Origin: Candidatus Kapaibacterium sp.
GTDB lineage: Bacteria; Bacteroidota; Ignavibacteria; Kapaibacteriales; UBA2268
Direction: 5' to 3'
Length of the DNA: 64,000 bases
NCBI GenBank assembly: GCA_963665665.1
Contig: OY762428.1
Location: forward strand, 672,001 to 736,000
In this document: in pieces, positions 21,093 to 31,931 of the stretch
How positions within the stretch are numbered: position 1 is the stretch's first letter
Layout of the letters: each line of letters starts with the position of its first letter
Made by a program: the position numbers and the translations under genes
Notes under the pieces: generated by a model
The model's database searches: none
Seen by the model: only the letters and a program-made list of their open reading frames with translations
What the model was told of the DNA's origin: nothing

Positions 21093-21290
21093 AGTATTCC
21101 TCCTAAAATAAAATCATTTATTCAGAATAACTTGTGAAACAAAAAAAGTGACGCAAATAAATAATTGTAATAAAATATTTTTTAAATTTTAATTATTTCC
21201 AACACTAATAAAAATGATAGATCGTTATTATGATTAATTAAATACGACTTTTTTAGTTCTATTTATTAATATATTTACACAGGAGTAGAA

Positions 21291-21839
21291 ATGAGTTTAT
21301 TAGTAGGAAACGCAGCACCGGTTTTTAAAGGAACAGCAGTAGTTGGCGGAAATGCCGATACACTTAACCCGGAAACTGCTTTCAAAGAAATATCACTTGA
21401 AGATTACAAAGGCAAATGGGTAGTATTTTTCTTTTACCCGCTTGATTTTACATTTGTTTGCCCTACTGAAATTGAAGAGTTTGGCAAAAATTATGAAGAA
21501 TTCCAGAAATTAAACACAGAAGTTGTTGCATGTTCAACCGACAGCCAGTTCTCTCACCTGGCATGGCGTTCCAGTCATCCAGGCCTTAAAAACCTGCCTT
21601 ATCCGATGCTGGCAGATTTCACAGGCGAAAATGCAAGAAAATATGAAGTACTTAATGAAAACACCGGCTACGCCCTTCGCGGACTTTATATTATTGATCC
21701 GGAAGGTGAACTCAGGTATTCAGTAGTACATCCGGAAGCAGTAGGACGCAATTGCAACGAAATATTAAGAGTATTATCAGCTCTGCAGAGTGGCGGAATG
21801 ACCCCTTGCAACTGGGAAGCTGGCCAGGATACTCTATAG
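21291..21839 (+). CDS. ahpC: 2-Cys peroxiredoxin (AhpC/TSA)
   Basis: FFYPLDFTFVCPTE and C-terminal PCNW. Confidence 0.93.
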   Translation: MSLLVGNAAPVFKGTAVVGGNADTLNPETAFKEISLEDYKGKWVVFFFYPLDFTFVCPTEIEEFGKNYEEFQKLNTEVVACSTDSQFSHLAWRSSHPGLKNLPYPMLADFTGENARKYEVLNENTGYALRGLYIIDPEGELRYSVVHPEAVGRNCNEILRVLSALQSGGMTPCNWEAGQDTL

Positions 21840-21868
21840 AAATTCATCTTCATCTCAAACCCGAAACT

Positions 21869-21902
21869 GAGGCTGGGCCATTGGCTCGGCTTCTTTTTTT
21901 TT
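21869..21902 (+). terminator. Intrinsic terminator after ahpC
   Basis: GAGGCTGGGCC-ATT-GGCTCGGCTTC stem followed by a long T-run. Confidence 0.7.
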
Positions 21903-22046
21903 ACTAATATTCGAAAAACAATAATACCGAATCAGGACGTTAAACCAAATATCCCGACATGCCGAATGACAACAATATCGGACAAGTCATTGTTTATATA
22001 TCCAACTGCAACGGGAAGTTGGAAATTTATTCAGATGTATTAATTA

Positions 22047-22772
22047 TTACAAATTTCCGGATTGCGGTTTCAGGTATATCTCTTCAACCATCATTCTGGA
22101 TTCCATGTTAAGCATCACAGCATTAAATACCGCAAGAGCAACGTCTCCGGCTTTCATCATTTTATCCGAGAATTTCTCTACCATTTTCGGATGCCAAATA
22201 TCTGTTATAGCAGCACCGGGTATCACATCCACAACTTTAACGCCTGTACCCCTGACTTCTTCCCTGAGTGTCCTGCTCAACGCCATGGCTGCCCACTTCG
22301 AAGCAGAATATGCACCGTTTTGTGGAAATATCTCCCTGGTAACCACCGAGCTAATATTCAGGATAATACCTGATTTAGATTTAAGCATTGCCGGCAGTAC
22401 TGCCTGCGAGCACGATAGTACACCGTAAACGTTCACGGAAAACATATTATTAAGTAACTCGGTTGTCAATTCCATATATGGGGCATTCTCGAATATACCG
22501 GCATTATTTATCAAAACATCAACATCGCCAATAACGGCTTTAATTTTATCATGAGTTTCCTTTACCTGGCCTTTATTTGAAACATCGCATGGGAAGATAA
22601 ATACATTTGGCATTGGCGCAAGCTCTGGCAGTATTTCCCGGAATGACTCCTTGCTTCTGGCACTTAATACAACAGTTGCACCTTCTTCAATAAAAAGTTT
22701 TGCAGTTTCCAGCCCAATTCCCCGGCTGCCTCCGGTTATCCATATTTTTAATTCATTTATTTCTTTTTTCAT
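22047..22772 (-). CDS. Short-chain dehydrogenase/reductase
   Basis: TGGSRGIG, NNAG and YSASK motifs. Confidence 0.9.
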   Translation of the reverse strand: MKKEINELKIWITGGSRGIGLETAKLFIEEGATVVLSARSKESFREILPELAPMPNVFIFPCDVSNKGQVKETHDKIKAVIGDVDVLINNAGIFENAPYMELTTELLNNMFSVNVYGVLSCSQAVLPAMLKSKSGIILNISSVVTREIFPQNGAYSASKWAAMALSRTLREEVRGTGVKVVDVIPGAAITDIWHPKMVEKFSDKMMKAGDVALAVFNAVMLNMESRMMVEEIYLKPQSGNL

Positions 22773-23114
22773 ATTATTCCTTTCTGTTCCGTTTATTTCA
22801 ATTAGTATTGCTACACAGCAAGGACTAAATTAGCAATTTGTTCAGATTAGGCAAAAAATCTTTTTTTTACAAAACTCAAATATCAAGCAGGATATACCAC
22901 CAAATATGAAGCCCGGATTTGAATATAATAATATCAAAGGCACAACCACAAATTCTTTGAAAATGTATTCGGTAAGAAGCTGCGTTAATTTCCCCCACCC
23001 TATTCCGTATCACATTTATCAACCATTAAATACCTTATCGCTTTGCTCATTGAATTAGAGCTTCACGAATATAAAACACAAGCATTTACATTGGCAGGAA
23101 TATTGGGTTAATTC

Positions 23115-24200
23115 TTAATTATTTTTATACCTTCTAAGTTTATAAACATAAGCCAGAATCTGTGCCACAGCCCTGAACAAGTCTTCCGGAATTTCCTGGT
23201 CAACTTCCACGTTATAGAACAGGGTTCTTGCCAGGGGAGGCTCTTCCACAATCGGGATACCCTCGAATGTTGCTTTTTCCCTTATTTGCAAAGCCAGGTA
23301 GTCAACGCCCTTGGCTACAACTTTAGGGGCGTTCATCTCGCCCTGGTTATATTTCAATGCCACTGCAAAGTGCGTCGGGTTGGTGATAACAACATCGGCC
23401 TCGTTCACATTTTTCATCATCATCTGGCGCAGGCGGGACCGCATAATAGAACGCAGCCTTGCCTTGACCTTCGGGTCGCCTTCCGTCTGCTTGGTTTCTT
23501 CCTTTACTTCCTGCTTGGTCATTTTCATATCTTCTTTATAGCGGTGTTTCTGATAAATATAGTCAGCAACCGCAATAATGATATAAACACCCCCAACATA
23601 AAGTACCATCCGAAAACTCAGCTCCGCCATGTAGGTACCAATATCCATAAAAGGTGCATCCAGCATAGCTATAATGTTATCGGATTCGTCTCTTAAAACC
23701 AGGTATACCACTATGCCGAGAATAAAAATCTTTGCGAAATTCTTTATCAACTCGAAAAATGACCTGCCGGAGAAAAATATCTTCTTCAACCCGGACAGAG
23801 GCTTGAACATCTGAGTTGCCTGCCCCCCCTCGGAAAACTTCTTGGTGGCAATTTGAATGCCTACCTGGCTAACTTCTGCTGCGAATATAATTACAAAAAC
23901 AATAACCAGTATGGGAAGCAGATGTTTGGCAAGGAAGAGTAAAATATCTGAATAAAATGTAGTAACATTAGCAAAATTTATCTCGATAGAACCTGAATTG
24001 TAGAAAAGATCCTTCATCAGGTTCTGGTAGCTGCTTAGCATACCACCGCCAAGCATAAACACTACCATACCGCCAAGAAGCAGCACGGACGCAGTAGTAA
24101 CATCCATACTTTTTGAAACCTGTCCACGAAGCCTGGCTTCGTGGAGCCGCTTCGCGGTGGCCGGTTCCGATTTTTCCTGGCCGTCTTTATTCTCAGCCAT
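23115..24200 (-). CDS. flhB: Flagellar export protein FlhB
   Basis: EPATAKRL N-terminus, EGDPKVK, NPTH autocleavage motif. Confidence 0.95.
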   Translation of the reverse strand: MAENKDGQEKSEPATAKRLHEARLRGQVSKSMDVTTASVLLLGGMVVFMLGGGMLSSYQNLMKDLFYNSGSIEINFANVTTFYSDILLFLAKHLLPILVIVFVIIFAAEVSQVGIQIATKKFSEGGQATQMFKPLSGLKKIFFSGRSFFELIKNFAKIFILGIVVYLVLRDESDNIIAMLDAPFMDIGTYMAELSFRMVLYVGGVYIIIAVADYIYQKHRYKEDMKMTKQEVKEETKQTEGDPKVKARLRSIMRSRLRQMMMKNVNEADVVITNPTHFAVALKYNQGEMNAPKVVAKGVDYLALQIREKATFEGIPIVEEPPLARTLFYNVEVDQEIPEDLFRAVAQILAYVYKLRRYKNN

Positions 24201-24360
24201 TCAAGCTCCTATGGTTCATTTGTTCGATAACAATAATTACTAAGTTTTACTTCCTTTTAAGAAGTTGGCTCAAAATCCTGAAAATCAGTCATTCTGAACT
24301 CAAAATTCAAAATAAAGAGACATAACAATCAAGTATTGATTACATCAAATCAAAGAATTC

Positions 24361-25158
24361 CTACACATTTGCAGGATTCAAACTCATTAAAATTTTCATA
24401 GTCTCGGATTCCATAGCACCGAGAGAATATTTCGCTACAAGAACAAAAACAGGCACTGATGCAAATAATACCAGCAACCCCACCGCCACTTTCAACTGGA
24501 AACTCAGGATAAAAATATTTGTTTGGGGCGCAACCCTTGCCAGCAAAGCAAGTGAAAGATTAGTAAGAAACAATGCAACTAGAAGCGGCGCTGACATTTT
24601 AACGCCGATTATCAGCACACTCGTAGCCATTTTAACAAATAATGCTATTGTGCTACCCGATACGGCAAATGTAGTTAAAGGAACGATCCTGGCGCTGGCA
24701 TATACAGCTTCTATTATAAAATGATGCCCGTTTATAAACAGGAAAAGCATCATCATGGCCAGTGTTTTAAATTCGCCAACCAGTGTAGGACTTGTTTCGT
24801 CCCTGTTAAACATCATCGAAGTATGATATCCCATATCAAAATCAATTAACCCGCCGGCAAACCTTGCTGCAAAAAAAGCCATATTTGCTGAAAATCCGAT
24901 TGCCACGCCAACCATAAATTCTTTTATTGCAAGAACGCCCATATACCACAAGTGCATTTCCAGTTGGGGTTGTTCTTCCCAGTAAGTTGTGGTAACAATA
25001 ATAGCAAGCCCTATAGAAAGCAATAGTTTTACATGTGCCGGAATAACCGAGTTTTTGAAAATCGGCGCGGCAGTGAACATCCCTGCAATTCTAATGAAAA
25101 ACAGGACACCGATAAAGAATTTTCCGGTAAGAAAATATAATGTTGCGTCGTCGATCAT
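24361..25158 (-). CDS. fliR: Flagellar export protein FliR
   Basis: AGGLIDFDMG, NGHH, LARVAPQTNIF; between fliQ and flhB. Confidence 0.93.
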   Translation of the reverse strand: MIDDATLYFLTGKFFIGVLFFIRIAGMFTAAPIFKNSVIPAHVKLLLSIGLAIIVTTTYWEEQPQLEMHLWYMGVLAIKEFMVGVAIGFSANMAFFAARFAGGLIDFDMGYHTSMMFNRDETSPTLVGEFKTLAMMMLFLFINGHHFIIEAVYASARIVPLTTFAVSGSTIALFVKMATSVLIIGVKMSAPLLVALFLTNLSLALLARVAPQTNIFILSFQLKVAVGLLVLFASVPVFVLVAKYSLGAMESETMKILMSLNPANV

Positions 25159-25421
25159 TTAAGCTGCGGGATCATGTTTATTAATTCTACCGTAAAAGTC
25201 TTCAGGTTTGTTAGCATATATGGAAGAATAAGTACACTGATAAGAAATACCGCAATTAATTTCGGGACGAATGTAAGTGTCTGCTCGGAGATTGTGGTGG
25301 CTGCCTGGAAAATGGATATCGTCAGCCCCACGAGCAAAGAAACAAGCAGTAGCGGCCCGCAAACTATTATCACATAATAGAAGGCATCCCTCACTATCGA
25401 TACAACCATTTGATCCGTCAT
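25155..25421 (-). CDS. fliQ: Flagellar export protein FliQ
   Basis: GLTISIFQAATTISEQTLTFVPKL. Confidence 0.95.
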   Translation of the reverse strand: MTDQMVVSIVRDAFYYVIIVCGPLLLVSLLVGLTISIFQAATTISEQTLTFVPKLIAVFLISVLILPYMLTNLKTFTVELINMIPQLK

Positions 25422-25500
25422 TTTATCACCCCTTTTTTATTCGATTTCATTTTCATTAATTTTTAAGTAAACCATATTCAAAATGTGTTATATTTCCAAG

Positions 25501-26307
25501 CTAACCGCCACCGGTTATACTCCTCATCAGGGAATCCACCACCAGATGCCATCCGTCAACAAGTATGAACAGAAGCACCTTTATCGGCAGAGAAATAAGC
25601 TGCGGCGGCAACAGGAACATACCGAGAGACATTAAGGTACTCGCTATGATCATATCCAGCACAAGGAATGGTATGAATAGTAAGAATCCTATCTGGAAAG
25701 CCATCCTAATCTCGCTTAAGGAGAAAGCAGGAATGACAGTCCAGGTGGAAACATCATCAATATTATCGGGTTTATCCTCGCCGCTAAGCTTTATGAACAG
25801 CCCCAGATCTTCTTCACGAGTGTGTTTAAGCATAAATTCCCGGAATGGAAGTATAATATTATCCACCGCTTCGGCCTGTGAAATTTCCTCGCGCAAATAT
25901 GGCTGTAAGCCCTTGTCATTGGCTTCATTCAGTACCGGCTGCATAACAAAAAAAGTAAGGAACAGAGCCAGCCCCGTCAACATCTGGTTTGGCGGCTGTG
26001 TATGTGTACCCATAGCCTGCTTCAAAAAATGGAATACAATTATTATTCTCGTAAAGGAAGTCATCATTATCAGAATTGAGGGAGCAAGAGACAGAACAGT
26101 CATTACTGCAAGTATTTGCAGCGTGGTAACAAATTCACCCTGATCAGAATTTTTATCACCTACCTGTAGTGATACCGAAGGTATGCTGATACCGCTGCCC
26201 TGATTTGCAGGCTGCTGCTGTTGGGCAAATATATTATTACTCCCCGCAAAAAACGTTAGCAGGAGTGCAATTATTAGAAATCTGATTTTGCAATAAACAA
26301 TATGCAT
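25501..26307 (-). CDS. fliP: Flagellar export protein FliP (ATG 26307 preferred over the track start 26358)
   Basis: MTSFTRIII, PPNQ, PAFSLSE, DGWHL motifs; signal peptide follows 26307. Confidence 0.93.
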   Translation of the reverse strand: MHIVYCKIRFLIIALLLTFFAGSNNIFAQQQQPANQGSGISIPSVSLQVGDKNSDQGEFVTTLQILAVMTVLSLAPSILIMMTSFTRIIIVFHFLKQAMGTHTQPPNQMLTGLALFLTFFVMQPVLNEANDKGLQPYLREEISQAEAVDNIILPFREFMLKHTREEDLGLFIKLSGEDKPDNIDDVSTWTVIPAFSLSEIRMAFQIGFLLFIPFLVLDMIIASTLMSLGMFLLPPQLISLPIKVLLFILVDGWHLVVDSLMRSITGGG

Positions 26308-26353
26308 TTTGCCATAGTTACAAAACGTTAATAATATTCCGTACATGCTGCAA

Positions 26354-26369
26354 TTCAATGATTATGCCA
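26354..26369 (-). promoter_or_regulatory. Possible sigma-54 (-24/-12) promoter for fliPQR-flhB
   Basis: Minus strand TGGCAT-AATCA-TTGAA versus consensus TGGCAC-N5-TTGCW, about 47 bp upstream of the fliP ATG. Confidence 0.45.
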
Positions 26370-26712
26370 AAGATATTATTACACTGGTAAATGTTCAATT
26401 TACATAGACTTCACAAGCATCAAAGATTATATTTAATTTGGCGTAAGAATTATTCTTACTGCCTAATATTGAACAATTGGATTAATGCAGACAATTTTTT
26501 ACCATCAAAATTGCATTGCGTTTAAATCATATATCTGTTTTCGAAGTAATCATTTTTATCTAATAATATCAGGCTTTATACTCATCTTATCATTTTCCGT
26601 CAGACCACCCAATTTATTTATACAATTTACGTGGTTAACATTAATATTTTGTTTGGTTAATATAAAACTTATCCAAACTTTATAAAAATTGAATTTTTTT
26701 CTTTGGTTTTAA

Positions 26713-26750
26713 TTTAGTTTTATCTATTTTGCTTATTAGTTTTTCCTAAG
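26713..26750. promoter_or_regulatory. Tandem putative DtxR/MntR operators upstream of feoA
   Basis: TTTAG-TTTTAT-CTATT (26713-26728) and ATTAG-TTTTTC-CTAAG (26735-26750), starts 22 bp apart. Confidence 0.5.
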
Positions 26751-26789
26751 CGGATAAAAAGTTATTTGGAATGGAAAGGATGTAAAGTA

Positions 26790-27023
26790 ATGACATTAGT
26801 TGAAGCACCGGTGGGCAAAGACCTTGAAGTTATCAAAATTAATGCCGGGGAAGACGCCCGCAGGAAACTGCACACTCTGGGACTGCACATAGACGACAAG
26901 CTGAAAAGGCTTACAAACGGCAAATGGGGGCCGGTTTTAATCAGCAACATTTCAGGCGGTGCCGTAAAAATTGCTCTTGGCAGGGGACTTGCAGGTAAAA
27001 TCCTTGTGAAACCGATAAAATAA
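26790..27023 (+). CDS. feoA: Ferrous iron transport protein A
   Basis: RRKLHTLGL, GPVLI, IALGRGLAGKILV; ATG at 26790 after GAAAGGA. Confidence 0.9.
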   Translation: MTLVEAPVGKDLEVIKINAGEDARRKLHTLGLHIDDKLKRLTNGKWGPVLISNISGGAVKIALGRGLAGKILVKPIK

Positions 27024-27086
27024 TTGATTAGCCTTAATTTCCAAATAATTCAATCTTTGATGTGGTTGTTTAATTAGCATATAGTA

Positions 27087-29018
27087 ATGACAAAAGATAA
27101 AAAATATCCAAGAATTGCACTTATAGGACAGCCAAATTCCGGCAAAAGTACTTTATTTAATATACTTTCCGATATAAAATCCGAAACATCTAATTTTGCG
27201 GGTACCACAGATAATGTTGAACTATCTGATATTAATATTGCTGGAAGAGTTTTTACTTTGGCAGATCTTCCCGGGATATACTCTCTGAACCCAACAACTG
27301 ATCAGGAAAAGACTACTTATGACTTTATAGTGGAGAACAAACCCGACCTGATAATTAATGTTGTGGATTCGTCTCTTCTGGCGAGAAGCCTGGAATTAAC
27401 CGTAGAACTAATGGAACTGGGGCTGCCAATGGTTATTGCACTGAATATGCTGGATGAAGCTGAAAATCAGGGCAATGACATTGATATTGAAAAATTAAAA
27501 GATTTATTGAATTTGCCTGTGGTTCCAACAATGGCAAAATTCGGAAAAGGAGCCAAGGAACTTACCGATGCCTGCTTTAAACAATTTTTATCCTCTGATA
27601 GTTCCCCAAAGGGCCTTAGTTATACCCATCATGTTGAGAACAGGATAAATCAGCTTATTGAAATGATTGAACCTAATAGCAGGGATTTAATTGGGGGAGC
27701 ACGATTCTATGCAATAAAATCAATTGAAAACCCATCTCTTGTTCCGAAGGATATTTTGCAAACCATAGAGCCTTTGAAAGAAGAGATTCAGAAAGAAGCT
27801 CTTCAAATGCACCGAATGGACAGCTTCGAAACAATATCTTATGAGCGTCATCATTTAGCCATGAAGATATCAGAACAAATATCAAGATTCAGAGATACCC
27901 GCCACCAGGGATTTCTGGATAAATTTGACAATCAGCTTCTACACCCTATATTCGGGCATTTTTATTTATTAGTATATTTCTTCATTTATTTCCTAATAAT
28001 ATTCATTGTTGGTGATTTAATATCATCAGTTGTAGAGCAGCCAATTGCCGACCTGGCTCTTGTTTTCGAGCCTTTGCGCGAAAGCTCGCCATTTCTATGG
28101 TTTACTATTAATGGCGCATACATGGGTATATCCGGAATTCTCGGGGTGGTATTGCCGTATTTTCTTCCATTAGTTTTGCTTACCTCCCTGTTCGAAGAAA
28201 CGGGTTATATGTCCCGAATAGCTTTCCTTGTGGATAGTTTTATGCATAAGATCGGACTTCACGGAAAGTCAGTTGTTCCATTTGTGCTTGGATTCGGGTG
28301 CTCTGTGCCTGCGGTATATGCAACAAGGATGATAGAAAGCAAACGCGACAGAACAATTACAGCTGTTTTATTACCATTTATACCATGCAGTGCACGTATA
28401 GCAGTAATATTTGCACTAACTGCTGCCTTCTTAAATCCATTTGCGGCTATTGCAGTTTTCCTGTTTGTGATTTTCATAATTGCTATTGTAGGAAAGCTGA
28501 TGTCCCGTTTTATTTCAAGGCCAACAGGTATGATAATGGAAATTACTGCTTTAAGAAAACCTTCGATGAAAATCTCATTCAGGAAAACCTGGTTAAAAAT
28601 AAGGGATTTCCTGAAAGAAGCTTTTACTTTTCTGATGCTGGGGTCTATTGTTCTCGGGTGGGTTGAATACTTTAATGCCGCACATTACCTGAATATGTTT
28701 TTCCAGCCAGTTCTCGAATCTGTACTTGGATTGCCGGAAAATCTCGGCTCAACTTTATTATTCGGATTTTTCAGGAAAGAATTGATACTGGTAATGGCTA
28801 CGCAGGCCATGCACGTACAAACTCTGGCACAGCTTCCTCTTACCCCCGACCAGGTTTTTGTATTTATTATTTTTGTTACTTTGTATTTTCCATGTTTTAC
28901 AACATTTGTAGTAATATTTAAGGAATTCGGAACCCGGGTGGCTATGATTTCAGCAGTACTAAGTTTTGTGCTTGCTACAATATCGGCGTTCCTTTTTCGA
29001 ATCATATTAGCATTATAA
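27087..29018 (+). CDS. feoB: Ferrous iron transporter B
   Basis: GQPNSGKS, DLPGIYSL, GFGCSVPA, PCSAR, multi-pass C-terminal half. Confidence 0.95.
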   Translation: MTKDKKYPRIALIGQPNSGKSTLFNILSDIKSETSNFAGTTDNVELSDINIAGRVFTLADLPGIYSLNPTTDQEKTTYDFIVENKPDLIINVVDSSLLARSLELTVELMELGLPMVIALNMLDEAENQGNDIDIEKLKDLLNLPVVPTMAKFGKGAKELTDACFKQFLSSDSSPKGLSYTHHVENRINQLIEMIEPNSRDLIGGARFYAIKSIENPSLVPKDILQTIEPLKEEIQKEALQMHRMDSFETISYERHHLAMKISEQISRFRDTRHQGFLDKFDNQLLHPIFGHFYLLVYFFIYFLIIFIVGDLISSVVEQPIADLALVFEPLRESSPFLWFTINGAYMGISGILGVVLPYFLPLVLLTSLFEETGYMSRIAFLVDSFMHKIGLHGKSVVPFVLGFGCSVPAVYATRMIESKRDRTITAVLLPFIPCSARIAVIFALTAAFLNPFAAIAVFLFVIFIIAIVGKLMSRFISRPTGMIMEITALRKPSMKISFRKTWLKIRDFLKEAFTFLMLGSIVLGWVEYFNAAHYLNMFFQPVLESVLGLPENLGSTLLFGFFRKELILVMATQAMHVQTLAQLPLTPDQVFVFIIFVTLYFPCFTTFVVIFKEFGTRVAMISAVLSFVLATISAFLFRIILAL

Positions 29019-29028
29019 ATATTTTTTA

Positions 29029-29044
29029 TTTAGACAATAGTAAA
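29029..29044. promoter_or_regulatory. Putative DtxR/MntR autoregulatory site
   Basis: TTTAG-ACAATA-GTAAA, similar to the feoA sites, upstream of the regulator gene. Confidence 0.35.
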
Positions 29045-29093
29045 ATAATTCTTAGTTTAGAAGAAACCATTTGTTAATAATTATGAGTAAATT

Positions 29094-29747
29094 ATGTTAA
29101 GCCAGGCTGTACAAGATTACTTGAAAACAATTTACAAGTTGGAAGTGAAGGGTCCGGTATCAACAACCCGGATAGCTAAAGAGCTTTCAATTTCCGGAGC
29201 TTCCGTAACGGGTATGCTGAAAAGGCTGTCAACAATGTCGCTTGTTGATTATAATTCATATAAAGGCGTAAAACTCACTGAATCCGGAAGAAAATTTGCA
29301 CTTGAGATCATCAGAAATCACAGGTTGTTGGAATTATACCTTAAAGAAATGATAGGTTTTCCTCTTGAAAAGGTACACGAGGAAGCATGCAGATTAGAGC
29401 ATTACGTTTCAGAGGAATTTATTTCCAGAATTGACGAACTTCTGGGCTTTCCTCATTTCGACCCGCACGGCCATCCGATACCAACTGACAGTGGAGATAT
29501 TCCTGAATTGGAGAAAACACCTCTTTCCGAGTTTGACCCCGGAGAAAATGTAATTATAAAACGTATTGCCGATACGGATGCCGAAATGCTTGCATATTTT
29601 GAAAAAATGAAATTAGTACCAGGGGCAAAGATCAAAATATTGGAAAAAGCTCCATTCAACGGGCCGATAACTATCGAGCACCTTGGAAACAAAGAAATTG
29701 TAGGAAATGAAATTGCCAGGAATATTTTTGTTTCAGTTGCCGGATAA
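29094..29747 (+). CDS. DtxR/MntR-family metal-dependent repressor with FeoA domain
   Basis: QDYLKTIY, RNHRLLE, EACRLEH, DPHGHPIP. Confidence 0.92.
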   Translation: MLSQAVQDYLKTIYKLEVKGPVSTTRIAKELSISGASVTGMLKRLSTMSLVDYNSYKGVKLTESGRKFALEIIRNHRLLELYLKEMIGFPLEKVHEEACRLEHYVSEEFISRIDELLGFPHFDPHGHPIPTDSGDIPELEKTPLSEFDPGENVIIKRIADTDAEMLAYFEKMKLVPGAKIKILEKAPFNGPITIEHLGNKEIVGNEIARNIFVSVAG

Positions 29748-29866
29748 TTTTTTTCTTTGATAAACATCCTGAAGATAAACAACATAACGGACGCTCCGGC
29801 AGCCAGGGCGTCCGGCTGAATACAAACCGGACATATTATCAATGCAATCCTGTGAGATGCAGGACA

Positions 29867-31852
29867 TTAAAAGGATTCTTCACTGTCTTTATCTGCCGGA
29901 AGAGTGATTTCGATTGACGTACCTCCGTCCGGAATCGATTTAATAAACAATTCACCCTTGTTCATTTCAATAAATTCCTTAACAATTTTCAAACCAAGGC
30001 CAGTGCCTTTTTCTGATTTTGTTCCCGAAGTTGTGAAGTATTGATAGTCATCAAGAATTTTATCAATCATTACCCGATCTATACCTATTCCATTATCGAT
30101 CACTTTCAATACAATATTTTTTTCTGCACTTTCAAGCTTGATACATATTTTGCCATTAGGAACAGTAAATTTCACTGCATTAGAGATAATATTTCTGACG
30201 ATAGTGTCTGTCATATTAATATCAGCATAAACAGAAATATCTTCAGTTGGTAAGTATTGCAGATCAATATTTTTTTCTACTACATTATTTTTAAACAAAT
30301 CAATATTTCTTAAAATCAGGTTATTGATATCAATATGCTTTGGTGAATATTCTATTCTGCCTGTTTGGGATCGTGCCCAATCCAAAAGATTTTCCAATAA
30401 TTCTGACAGGCGATATACCGATTTGTTCAACTGATTATAAATTAGATCCAAATTTTCCTTATCAATATCATATGAATCCTTTACCAGCATATCCGTTGCC
30501 AGAACCAGTGCATTAAGCGGGTTTCTCAGGTCATGAGCAATAATTGAGAACAATTTATCTTTAGCTTCATTGGATTCTTTTAATTTTTGTGAGCGGTTTT
30601 TCAATTCTTCGTTAATAAAAACAAGTTCTTCCTTTTGGTCACTGATCAGTTTATTTTGGTCATTAAGTTTTTCATAAGCATACTCCAGCTGATCGGTTTT
30701 TTCTTTTAATAGTATATTATCTTTTCTTTTAGTTTTGTATTTCCAAAACAGCAGGATACCGATGGAAAGTCCGAAAAGTATAACCAATACCAGTAATTGA
30801 ATATACATGGACTGTATTTTGTTTTCCTGCTCAAGCATTTGGTTTTGCCGGCTTTTATCCTGCATTTCATAGTGGTTAAGTAGTTCTGCAAGGTTGTCTC
30901 CGCTATCCGAGGCTTCTATTGAGTCCTCAAGTTTTTTAATTTCTTTTAGGATAACATAGGAATTTTCAAAATCACCTTTTTCCTCGTAAATATCGGAAAG
31001 GTATGTATTAATAGTAATTAGTAACTTAGAATAGTTTTTCTCTTTTGCAATTATTCTCGATCTCTTCAAAATATTCAGAGCTTTCTGATTTTTATTTTCA
31101 GTAATCAAAATACTTGCTTCAATAACGGAAAATCTTAAACTCATCATTGTATTTCTACATGAGAAACAAAAATCCTTTCCCATTTGAAGATATTTTTTGG
31201 CATTTATATAGTTACCATTGGTTTTATATATTTCTGCCATGTTAAGAATTGTATTCAAAGTATAAACGCTGTCCTTATGTTTCGGGAGAAGGTCAAGAGA
31301 CTTATTAAGATATTCCATAACTTTAGGAGTATCATTTCTGAAATTATAAATCAATGCAATATTATTATAAATACCTGACAAATAGTGGGATGAATCAAGT
31401 TTTAAAAACAATTCTTCAGCTTTCTGGAAATAATTCATTGCCTTGTCTAATTGGTTTTGCTTGGCATACATAATGCCAATATTGCTTTGTGTCGAGGCAA
31501 TTTTAGTGTCGTCATCAAGCTCTTTAGCAACTTCAAGAGCCTCTAATATATATCTTAAGGATTTGCTGTTGTCTCCAATTTGCAAATAAGTTTTGGCGAG
31601 TAATAGCAGGTACTTATAATCTTTCTCGGGATAATTTTTCGATTTAATTATTTCAAGCGCCTCTTTCGAAAAATTGATCTTATCATATATACTCAGATCA
31701 TTTTGTTTATCCAGTAAAGAATCAATAAATTCAATTTTTTTATCATCAGTTTCAGATTCAACAGCCCTGTACAACGAATCGAATTTGCTGGCATTTAGTA
31801 TCTGAATGCAGCACAAAATATTTATTATTATAATAGATAAGAATATCTTCAT
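29867..31852 (-). CDS. TPR-sensor histidine kinase
   Basis: TPR repeats, one TM helix, IAHDLRNP, NAVKF, DNGIG, GTGLGL. Confidence 0.9.
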   Translation of the reverse strand: MKIFLSIIIINILCCIQILNASKFDSLYRAVESETDDKKIEFIDSLLDKQNDLSIYDKINFSKEALEIIKSKNYPEKDYKYLLLLAKTYLQIGDNSKSLRYILEALEVAKELDDDTKIASTQSNIGIMYAKQNQLDKAMNYFQKAEELFLKLDSSHYLSGIYNNIALIYNFRNDTPKVMEYLNKSLDLLPKHKDSVYTLNTILNMAEIYKTNGNYINAKKYLQMGKDFCFSCRNTMMSLRFSVIEASILITENKNQKALNILKRSRIIAKEKNYSKLLITINTYLSDIYEEKGDFENSYVILKEIKKLEDSIEASDSGDNLAELLNHYEMQDKSRQNQMLEQENKIQSMYIQLLVLVILFGLSIGILLFWKYKTKRKDNILLKEKTDQLEYAYEKLNDQNKLISDQKEELVFINEELKNRSQKLKESNEAKDKLFSIIAHDLRNPLNALVLATDMLVKDSYDIDKENLDLIYNQLNKSVYRLSELLENLLDWARSQTGRIEYSPKHIDINNLILRNIDLFKNNVVEKNIDLQYLPTEDISVYADINMTDTIVRNIISNAVKFTVPNGKICIKLESAEKNIVLKVIDNGIGIDRVMIDKILDDYQYFTTSGTKSEKGTGLGLKIVKEFIEMNKGELFIKSIPDGGTSIEITLPADKDSEESF

Positions 31853-31931
31853 TTCAATCCAAAAAAAGTGTACTCAAAACGTAAAGTGAATCAAATAGTA
31901 TACCAAATAATCACTGATTGATATTAACGTG

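Noticed and set aside
21920-22025. Possible structured ncRNA between ahpC and the SDR gene
   Set aside because: Two short hairpins only; compatible with termination of the convergent gene.
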